64,000 bases of DNA from an uncultured Actinomycetota bacterium (GTDB lineage Bacteria > Actinomycetota > Actinomycetes > JAFAQI01 > DASSKL01), in assembly GCA_963728075.1 (NCBI GenBank), contig CAVSIP010000002.1:46759-110758 (forward strand), read 5' to 3'. The translations under genes and the position numbers were made by a program. A model generated the notes under the pieces. The model was not told where the DNA came from, did no database searches, and saw nothing but the letters and a program-made list of their open reading frames with translations. Below, one piece after another: positions 55,787 through 64,000 of the stretch; position 1 is the stretch's first letter, and every line of letters begins with the position of its first letter.

Positions 55787-57160
55787 TTGACGGTGGCCGA
55801 CCTGGTGCCGGTGGGCGGCGGTGGCGGTGAGTTCGAGCGGGTTCCGCCGCAGGACGTCGAGGCGGAGCAGTGCGTCCTCGGCGGCATGCTGCTGAGCAAG
55901 GACGCCATCGCCGACGTCGTCGAGGTGCTGCGCCCCGCCGACTTCTACCGGCCGGCCCACCAGACGGTCTTCGACACGGTCATCGACCTGTACGGCCGCG
56001 GTGAGCCGGCGGACCCGGTGACCGTCGCCGCCGAGCTGACCCGCCGCGGGGAGCTCGCCCGCATCGGTGGTGCGGCCTACCTGCACACGCTCGTCGCGTC
56101 GGTGCCGACGGCCGCCAACGCCGGCTACTACGCCCGCATCGTGGCCGAGCGTGCCGTCCTGCGGCGGCTGGTCGAGGCGGGCACCCGGATCGTGCAGCTC
56201 GGCTACGGTGCAGCCGGCGAGCAGGGCGGTGACGTCGACGACATCGTCGACCGGGCGCAGGCCGCGGTGTACGAGGTCACCGAGCGCCGTACCGGCGAGG
56301 ACTACCAGCGCCTCGAGGACGTGCTGCAGGCAACCCTCGACGAGATCGAGGCGATCAGCAGCCGCGACGGCGGCATGGTCGGCGTCCCGACCGGCTTCCA
56401 GGACCTCGACGCGCTGACCAACGGACTGCACGGTGGGCAGATGGTGATCGTCGCCGCGCGACCGGCGATCGGCAAGTCCACGCTGGGGCTCGACCTCGCC
56501 CGTGCCGCGGCCATCAAGAACTCGCTGACCGCGGCGATCTTCTCCCTCGAGATGAGCCGCAACGAGATCACCATGCGGCTGCTGTCGGCCGAAGCCCGGG
56601 TCCCGCTGCACCACATGCGCTCCGGGACGATGAGCGACGAGGACTGGGCGCGGCTGGCCCGCCGGATGGGCGAGGTCGCCGAGGCGCCGCTCTACATCGA
56701 CGACTCGCCGAACCTGACCATGATGGAGATCCGGGCCAAGGCACGCCGGCTCAAGCAGCGCCACGACCTACGCCTGGTGATCGTCGACTACATGCAGCTC
56801 ATGCAGTCACCGCGCCGGGTCGACAGCCGCCAGCAAGAGGTCGCGGAGATGTCCCGGTCGCTGAAGCTGCTCGCCAAGGAGCTCGACGTCCCAGTCGTCG
56901 CGATCAGCCAGCTGAACCGCAACCCGGAGCAGCGCGCCGACAAGCGCCCGCAGCTGTCCGACCTGCGCGAGTCCGGCGCGATCGAGATGGACGCCGACGT
57001 GGTCATCCTGCTGCACCGCGAGGACGCCTACGAGAAGGAGTCACCGCGCGCCGGTGAGGCGGACCTCATCGTCGCCAAGCACCGCAACGGCCCCACCGCC
57101 ACGGTGACGGTGGCCTTCCAGGGGCACTACAGCCGCTTCGTGGACATGTCGCCGGCGTAG
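55787..57160 (+). CDS. dnaB: Replicative DNA helicase (no intein)
   Basis: AARPAIGKS, DYMQL, SDLRESG, KHRNGP. Confidence 0.98.
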   Translation: MTVADLVPVGGGGGEFERVPPQDVEAEQCVLGGMLLSKDAIADVVEVLRPADFYRPAHQTVFDTVIDLYGRGEPADPVTVAAELTRRGELARIGGAAYLHTLVASVPTAANAGYYARIVAERAVLRRLVEAGTRIVQLGYGAAGEQGGDVDDIVDRAQAAVYEVTERRTGEDYQRLEDVLQATLDEIEAISSRDGGMVGVPTGFQDLDALTNGLHGGQMVIVAARPAIGKSTLGLDLARAAAIKNSLTAAIFSLEMSRNEITMRLLSAEARVPLHHMRSGTMSDEDWARLARRMGEVAEAPLYIDDSPNLTMMEIRAKARRLKQRHDLRLVIVDYMQLMQSPRRVDSRQQEVAEMSRSLKLLAKELDVPVVAISQLNRNPEQRADKRPQLSDLRESGAIEMDADVVILLHREDAYEKESPRAGEADLIVAKHRNGPTATVTVAFQGHYSRFVDMSPA

Positions 57161-57195
57161 TAGCTGTAGCAGCAAGTCTCAGGCGACAGACGGCG

Positions 57196-57414
57196 TCACT
57201 GCGGCTGCACACGACGAACCACCAGGTCGGCCAGCAGCGACGACGTCGCTGCGGAGATCTGGTCGACGGCGCGGTCGAACGCCTCGCGGTTGGCGGTCGA
57301 GGGCGCACGCATGCCGCCGACCTTGCGCACGTACTGCAGGGCGGCGGCACGCACGTCCTCATCCGTCACGGTCGCGGCGTACGGCTCACGCAGGGTCTTG
57401 ATGCTGCGGCACAT
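57196..57414 (-). CDS. DUF2277 family protein
   Basis: MCRSIKTLR...AAALQYVRKV. Confidence 0.9.
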   Translation of the reverse strand: MCRSIKTLREPYAATVTDEDVRAAALQYVRKVGGMRAPSTANREAFDRAVDQISAATSSLLADLVVRRVQPQ

Positions 57415-57462
57415 TCCTGAACGGTAGGCCTGCTGACCGTCCGCGTCACACCTCGCCGCCCT

Positions 57463-58656
57463 TCATGCGGCTCTGGGTCTGGGTGGGGCGCGCAGTTCAA
57501 GGCCGTCGGGTGAGGTGAACACCAGCTCGCCGGTGGCCAGCTGTTCCATGCCCCAGTTCTTGTGGTGGATGAGCCAGTGGTGGAAGGCGCACAGGTGCGC
57601 GCTGTTGTGCAGGCTGGTCGGGCCGCCGCGGGACCAGTGGTCGATGTGGTGCAGCTCGCAGCGGTGCAGGCCGGCCTGGCAGCCGGGGAAGGTGCACCCG
57701 CGGTCGCGCAGCCGGGCGGCGCGGCGTTGGGCGCGGGTCCAGGTCTTGGACGTCCGGCCGATGTCGAGGATCTCGCTGTCGCCGCCGAGGACGACCGGGA
57801 TGAGCTCGGCCTCGCACGCGAGCCGGCGCACGGCGGCGGCGGACAGCGGGATAGCCCCCTCGAGCAGCCCCCAGCCCTCGACTTGGCCGGCGAGGGTGGC
57901 GTGGTCGATGGTGACCATGACCTGGGTGGGCAGCCCGCCGGTGTCGGGGAGGTGGTGGCAGCGCAGCCGGTGGTCGGCGAGCTCGACGAGTGCGTCGGCG
58001 CTGCGCTGGGCGGGGGTGCGTTCGTCTTCCGGGCCGGTCTTCTGCGCCAGGGCGCGGACCGCGGTGAGCAGGGTCTGCCCGGCGAGCGGGTCGAGGAGCG
58101 CGTCGAGGTGGACCATGCCGTCGAAGGTCGTCACGATCGAGGCGCGGCGCGCGTCGTGCTGCCGCTGCGCTCGGGCCAGCGCCTCGTCCTCGGCGCCGGT
58201 GCGGATCAGCAGCTCGTGGGTGAGGCGGCCGAGCTGCCCGGGGTCCAGCGTGCGGGCCGCCTCGACCAGGATCGCCTCCGCGTCGGTCTCGATCGTGGCG
58301 GGCAGCTTGTCCAACGTGTCGAGGATCGCCCGGGTGTGCCGGGCGGAGACCTCCCCCGCCTCCACCGCGGAGGCGAGCACCGGGTGCCGCCCGTAGCGTC
58401 GCGCGGCCCACAGCAGCTGCCCGGCCTCACCGGGGGCGCGGCGCTGCTCCTCGATCAGCCAGCCCCGGGTCGACCGGCCGCACTCGGTCACCGTTACGTC
58501 CCGGCGGTCCAGGGCGACCAGCCGCTCGGCCAGCAACCCGTCCAACCGGTCCTTCGCCGCGATCAGGCCCTCGACCTGCTCCAGCAGGACCGGGTCGGGC
58601 AGGTCGGCCGCGGGCACCGACGCCAGTGCGTCCAACGCCTCCCGCAGCCGCTCCAA
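57463..58656 (-). CDS. DUF222 (13E12-repeat) HNH endonuclease
   Basis: RRLACEA, RDRGCTFPGC, HHIDHW..GG.T...N...LC..HH. Confidence 0.92.
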   Translation of the reverse strand: MERLREALDALASVPAADLPDPVLLEQVEGLIAAKDRLDGLLAERLVALDRRDVTVTECGRSTRGWLIEEQRRAPGEAGQLLWAARRYGRHPVLASAVEAGEVSARHTRAILDTLDKLPATIETDAEAILVEAARTLDPGQLGRLTHELLIRTGAEDEALARAQRQHDARRASIVTTFDGMVHLDALLDPLAGQTLLTAVRALAQKTGPEDERTPAQRSADALVELADHRLRCHHLPDTGGLPTQVMVTIDHATLAGQVEGWGLLEGAIPLSAAAVRRLACEAELIPVVLGGDSEILDIGRTSKTWTRAQRRAARLRDRGCTFPGCQAGLHRCELHHIDHWSRGGPTSLHNSAHLCAFHHWLIHHKNWGMEQLATGELVFTSPDGLELRAPPRPRAA

Positions 58657-58668
58657 CTGCCCTCCCGC

Positions 58669-58684
58669 CCGAACAGGTGTTCGA
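58669..58684. promoter_or_regulatory. LexA SOS box upstream of the DUF222-HNH gene
   Basis: CCGAAC-AGGT-GTTCGA, one mismatch to TCGAAC-N4-GTTCGA. Confidence 0.8.
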
Positions 58685-58752
58685 GGAGAAGTTACCCGCC
58701 GCCTACGACAAAAGCGACAAGACCGGGACCGATGGGGACAACGCGGCTTGGC

Positions 58753-59781
<1,029 letters not shown>

Positions 59782-59842
59782 GCATCCTCCTCCGAGCCGG
59801 TCCGGGCATCATGCACCCCGGCCGGGAACAGGTCGACGGGGC

Positions 59843-61105
59843 GTGATGTTCTCTGCCCTCATGACCGCCGCGCCGACCGTTGTCGCCCCCGATGTGGCAG
59901 GCGGGCCGCCGCGGGCCCTCACCGGTGCCCGTGCGGTGCTGCTGCTCGGCTCGATGACCGCGCTGACCCCGCTGGCGATCGACGCCTACATCCCGGCGCT
60001 GCCGACGCTGACGCGGGACCTCGGTGCGTCGGGCAGCCTGGGCCAGCTCACGATGACCGCGCTCCTGCTCGGTCTGGCGGTAGGTCAGCTCGTCGGCGGG
60101 CCGATCAGCGACGCGACCGGCCGGCGTCGCCCCGCGCTGACGGGGATCGGCCTGTTCGTGGCCGCCTCGCTGCTGTGCGCGATCGCCCCCGCCATCTGGG
60201 TGCTCATCCCCCTGCGGTTCCTGCAGGGCGCCTCGGGCGCGGCGGCCGTCGTGACGGCGCGGGCGGTCGTCCGTGACCTGCACGGCGGGGTGGCCGCCGC
60301 GCGGATGTTCGCGCTGCTCATCCTCGTCATGGGCGTCGCCCCCGTCGTCGCGCCGATCGCTGGGGCGCAGCTGCTGCGCGTGACCTCCTGGCGCGGGGTG
60401 TTCGTCGCCCTGGCCGTGCTCGGCACCGTGCTGTTCGTCGTGGTGGCCCGCACGCTGCCCGAGACGCTGTCCGAGCACGGCAGGCACGTCGGCGGGCTGC
60501 GGCCGACGTTGCGCACGTTCGCCTCCCTGCTCACCGATCGCGCGTTCGTCGGCTACGCCGCCGCGGGCGGGCTCGCGCTGGCGGCGGTCTTCTCCTACAT
60601 CTCCGGCTCGCCGTTCGTGCTGCAGGACATCTACGGCATGTCACCGCAGGCGTTCAGCGGTGTGTTCGCCGCGAACGCGGTCGGGTTCGTCACCCTCAGC
60701 CAGGTGAGCGCCCGGATCGTGCACCGGACGGGTCCGCGCCGCCTGCTGCTCGTCGGGCTTGGCCTGTCGGTGGCCGGCTCGTCGTTCTTCGCGGTGGCGG
60801 TGCTCGCCCACCTGGGTCTGCCCGCCGTGGTTGCCGGGCTGTTCCTCGTGGTGGCGGCGGTCGGGTTCACCGCGCCCAACGCGACGGCGCTGGCGCTCGC
60901 CGAGCACGGCCGTACGGCGGGCGCGGCGTCGGCGCTCGTGGGTGTCGGCCAGTACGTCATCGGCGGCGCGGCGGCACCGCTCACCGGCCTCGGCGGCACC
61001 CACACCGCCGTCCCGCTCGCGGTGGTCCTGCTCGCGCTGTCGGTCGCGGCGGCGACGACGGTGCCGCTCACCTCGGCCCGCCGCCTGCGTACGGTTCCCG
61101 CGTGA
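59843..61105 (+). CDS. Bcr/CflA multidrug MFS transporter (start approximate)
   Basis: AIDAYIPALP, GPISD..GRR, RAVVRD. Confidence 0.92.
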   Translation: MMFSALMTAAPTVVAPDVAGGPPRALTGARAVLLLGSMTALTPLAIDAYIPALPTLTRDLGASGSLGQLTMTALLLGLAVGQLVGGPISDATGRRRPALTGIGLFVAASLLCAIAPAIWVLIPLRFLQGASGAAAVVTARAVVRDLHGGVAAARMFALLILVMGVAPVVAPIAGAQLLRVTSWRGVFVALAVLGTVLFVVVARTLPETLSEHGRHVGGLRPTLRTFASLLTDRAFVGYAAAGGLALAAVFSYISGSPFVLQDIYGMSPQAFSGVFAANAVGFVTLSQVSARIVHRTGPRRLLLVGLGLSVAGSSFFAVAVLAHLGLPAVVAGLFLVVAAVGFTAPNATALALAEHGRTAGAASALVGVGQYVIGGAAAPLTGLGGTHTAVPLAVVLLALSVAAATTVPLTSARRLRTVPA

Positions 61106-61803
61106 CCACCCGGCCGCGCCTGCACGGCCCGTACCGCCGCCGCGGGGCGCGGGCCGTCGTGCTGGTGCTGCACGGCGGCACTGAGGAGAGCACCGAACGC
61201 CCGCGTGTGCTGGGGCGGGCGGCGCTGCGGATGCTGCCGTTCGCGTGGGCCGTGCGTCGCGCCGGGTTCGGCCGCCGGGGCCGTCGGGTGGCCGTCGCCC
61301 GGCTGCAGTACCGCCACCGGGGGTGGAACGCCCCCCGCCAGGACCCCGTCACCGACGTGCGCTGGGCGCTGTCCGTGCTGCGGGATCGGCACCCCGGCGT
61401 CCCGGTCGTGCTGCTCGGGCACTCGATGGGTGGCCGTGCGGCGCTGCGGGCCGCGGGCGAGCCCGGCGTCGCCGGCGTGGTGGTGCTGGCGCCGTGGGTG
61501 CCGAAGGGGGAGCCGGTCGAGCAGCTCGCCGGCCGGACGGTGGTGCTGCTGCACGGTGGCGAGGACGAGCGGACCAGCCCGCGCGCGACCGCCCGCTACG
61601 CCGCCCGCGCCGCTGCTCACGCCGAGCGCCTCGTGCACCTCGAGCTCTCCGGCTCCGGGCACGCCCTGCTCGAACGCTGGCGCGAGTGGCACCGGCTCGG
61701 TGCGCAGTCGGCGCTGGCCGTCGCCGGCCTCGCCCCCTTCCCGCACCCGATCGACCGGGCTCTCGCCGACGGCGGCGACGAGCGGATCGGCGTCGTCCAC
61801 TAG
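61102..61803 (+). CDS. Alpha/beta hydrolase
   Basis: LHGG, GHSMGG, HG..D, GH. Confidence 0.88.
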   Translation: MTTRPRLHGPYRRRGARAVVLVLHGGTEESTERPRVLGRAALRMLPFAWAVRRAGFGRRGRRVAVARLQYRHRGWNAPRQDPVTDVRWALSVLRDRHPGVPVVLLGHSMGGRAALRAAGEPGVAGVVVLAPWVPKGEPVEQLAGRTVVLLHGGEDERTSPRATARYAARAAAHAERLVHLELSGSGHALLERWREWHRLGAQSALAVAGLAPFPHPIDRALADGGDERIGVVH

Positions 61804-61814
61804 CGTCCCGCGGG

Positions 61815-62141
61815 TCAGGCCACCCGGTCGCCCGGCTGCGCGCCCTCGTCCGGGTGCAGCAGGTGAACGGTCCCGCCGGCGTCCACCGCGCCGAGCACGA
61901 GGAACTCGCTGACGAACCCGGCGATGCGGCGCGTGCCGAGGTTCACCGCGCCGACGACCAGCCGCCCGCGCAGCGCCTCGGCGGGGTAGTTGCGCACCTG
62001 CGCGCTCGTCCGCAGCACGCCCAGCTCGGGGCCGAAGTCGACGGCGAGCTTCCAGGCCGGCTTGTGCGCCTCGGGGAAGTCCTCGACGTCGACCACCCGG
62101 CCGACCCGCATGTCGACCGCCTGGAACGCCTCGAGGCTCAC
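61815..62141 (-). CDS. csaA: tRNA-binding protein / CsaA chaperone
   Basis: DMRVGRV, VDFG, VNL..RRIAGF.SE.LVLG. Confidence 0.88.
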   Translation of the reverse strand: MSLEAFQAVDMRVGRVVDVEDFPEAHKPAWKLAVDFGPELGVLRTSAQVRNYPAEALRGRLVVGAVNLGTRRIAGFVSEFLVLGAVDAGGTVHLLHPDEGAQPGDRVA

Positions 62142-62150
62142 CGGTACGCC

Positions 62151-62966
62151 TCAGCCGCGGCGGGCCAGCGCGGGTCCGGACAGGGCCAGCTGGCGGGACT
62201 GCGCCACCAACCGGCCGGCGGAGTCCCAGACGTCGGCGTTCTCGTCGAACCAGCCCTGGGCGGACAGCGCGCTCGTCCACGTCCGGGTGGCGAGCCAGCC
62301 GGGAGCCGGCAGTGCGCGCAGCAGGAACGTCAGCTCCACCGTCGGGCACCACCCACCGTGGCCGAGCTCGAGGACGACGGGAGGCAGCGCGTCCGTGGCC
62401 ACGATGAGCGCGAGCGGATCGGGGTCGCTGCCGTCGGCGAGCCGGATCCAGCCGCGCAGGTCGGGGTTCCCCGACGGCTCACCGCGGGTGAAGCCGACCC
62501 GTTCCGGGTCCAGCCGCAGGTCGAGCACCTTGCGGATGCCCACGGCCAGCGCGGGGTCGCCGCTCTGCTGCATCCCGCCGTAGCAGTCCTCGACCGGGGG
62601 CATCGTGGCGGGCGGTCCCGCGGTCCACTCGTGGTCCTCGTCGGTGAGGTCCCCGGCGGCCACCACCGCCTCGATGCACTCCCGCCCGTCCTGCATGAGC
62701 CGGGCCCGGACGGTCGTCACCGTACGGCCGCTGCGGACGACCTCGGTTTCGATCTCCACCTCGCGGAAGTGCGGCGGGCGCAGGAAGTGCGCGCTCACCG
62801 CCAGCGGGTGCGGCCGGCCCGCAGCGGTCAGGGCCGCCCGGGTCAGCGTCGCCATCGTGTACCCGCCGTGCGGCTTGTCGCCGATGGACCAGTCCGGGTG
62901 CAGGTCGGCGCCGTACCGGCCGTCGCCGAGAGGGGTGACCGCGGAGGCGGCCGCGAACTCGCTCAC
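62151..62966 (-). CDS. TesB-like acyl-CoA thioesterase
   Basis: PHGGY, SAHFLRP, DALPP, LVAQSRQ. Confidence 0.88.
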   Translation of the reverse strand: MSEFAAASAVTPLGDGRYGADLHPDWSIGDKPHGGYTMATLTRAALTAAGRPHPLAVSAHFLRPPHFREVEIETEVVRSGRTVTTVRARLMQDGRECIEAVVAAGDLTDEDHEWTAGPPATMPPVEDCYGGMQQSGDPALAVGIRKVLDLRLDPERVGFTRGEPSGNPDLRGWIRLADGSDPDPLALIVATDALPPVVLELGHGGWCPTVELTFLLRALPAPGWLATRTWTSALSAQGWFDENADVWDSAGRLVAQSRQLALSGPALARRG

Positions 62967-63013
62967 GGGAGCGCACCGTACCGGGCGGTCGACGCTGTCC
63001 CGTCGCAGGGCGG

Positions 63014-63436
63014 TCAGGCCAGATCTGTCTCGGCGTCGCGAAGCCGAGCGCACAGGGTGACGAGCAGGGCCCTGGCCAGGTCGGGCTGCGCACCGAGCAG
63101 CTGATGGAAGTCCCACGAGACGATCGACTGCGTACGCAGCGGCGTCTCGGCTCGCACGGTGGCCGAGCGGGGCTTGCCGTCGATCAGTGAGATCTCTCCG
63201 AAGTAGTCGCCTGGGCCGAGGTCGCGGCGATGCTGCCCGTGCACGTGCACCGAGGCTCGCCCTTCCACGATGACGTGAAAGCCGGCGTGTCCGCCGCCCT
63301 GCTCGACGATCTCGCGTCCGGCCTGATGATCGACCGGCGCGGCTGCGCGCGCGATTGCCTTGAGGCCACGGTCGGTCAACCCTGAGAACAGGTCCACCTG
63401 ACGGAGCCGGTCGATGAGCTGCTGGTCGTCTGCCAT
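63014..63436 (-). CDS. Stand-alone cyclic-nucleotide-binding protein
   Basis: GDYFGEISLIDGKPRSATV. Confidence 0.9.
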   Translation of the reverse strand: MADDQQLIDRLRQVDLFSGLTDRGLKAIARAAAPVDHQAGREIVEQGGGHAGFHVIVEGRASVHVHGQHRRDLGPGDYFGEISLIDGKPRSATVRAETPLRTQSIVSWDFHQLLGAQPDLARALLVTLCARLRDAETDLA

Positions 63437-63472
63437 GCGTCTCCTTGGTCGGTAGTCGGGTCGTGGCGCCCG

Positions 63473-64000
63473 TCAGGAAGCCAGGGGCGGCAGCGGAGCG
63501 GTGAGCGCACCGCGCAGGGCCCCTGCTCGGGCGAGATCGGGCGCGGCGCCGAGCGGCTCCAGCACGGCAACCGCCTCGTCGGCGAGTACGGCCGCCTCGG
63601 TGGGACGGGCCTGCTCGGTGAGCCACTGCGCCCAGTCGCAGAGCACGCGGGCGAGGAACAGCGGGTAGCCGAGCTCGCGCAGGATGCGGGCCGCCTCCGC
63701 ATACAGCCCGTGGGCGTCGTCACCGCCGTCGAGCCGGGCCTGGTAATGGGCCACCTCTGCCTGCAGGTAGGGCGGCACGTGTCCCGGGGGGCGGTCGGCG
63801 AGCAGTGCAAGCACGTGCCGTGCGTCGTCGGTGCGCCCGAGTGCGAGCGCGGACTCCATGGTCGCCGGCCAGAGCAGACGGTTGGACTCGTGCCGAACGC
63901 CCAGGTACTCGACGGCGTCCTGCACGCCGAGCAGACCTACCTCGAGCGCACGCGGGAAGTCCTCACTGGCCAGTGCGGTGACGGCAGTGAGGGTTCGCCA
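63473..64000 (-). CDS. C-terminal TPR-like part of a large protein (possibly adenylate cyclase/AAA type); runs off the window
   Basis: Helical repeats such as YAEAARILRELGYP; adjacent to the cNMP-binding gene. Confidence 0.55.
   Translation of the reverse strand, partial: WRTLTAVTALASEDFPRALEVGLLGVQDAVEYLGVRHESNRLLWPATMESALALGRTDDARHVLALLADRPPGHVPPYLQAEVAHYQARLDGGDDAHGLYAEAARILRELGYPLFLARVLCDWAQWLTEQARPTEAAVLADEAVAVLEPLGAAPDLARAGALRGALTAPLPPLAS

Overview
High-GC actinobacterial (Actinomycetes) chromosomal segment spanning the replication origin. About 8.0-57 kb is the conserved oriC neighbourhood: tRNA-Ala/DLW-39/tRNA-Ile, gyrAB, recF, gnd, dnaN, oriC, dnaA, rpmH-rnpA-yidD-yidC-jag-rsmG-parAB, trxAB, sigM, murJ, cca, ino1, ponA, rpsF-ssb-rpsR-rplI and dnaB. 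Bases 1-7970 are the end of a putative actinomycete integrative conjugative element (AICE) inserted at the 3' end of tRNA-Ala(TGC), with recognisable arm-type repeats. Its cargo comprises Cys-rich exported proteins (including a candidate secreted membrane-active toxin plus a small membrane partner), a PP2C phosphatase interrupted by an amber stop, a Kiwa KwaB-like remnant and a VapBC pair. Several cis elements can be read directly: a c-di-AMP riboswitch, parS sites inside parA, a SigR/SigH promoter, a PadR palindrome, an S6:S18 leader, an SOS box, and a second DnaA-box cluster upstream of dnaB. Many frameshifts between about 19.7 and 29 kb hit essential genes and are most likely sequencing errors. 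All family assignments come from motif recognition and synteny; no database searches were run.
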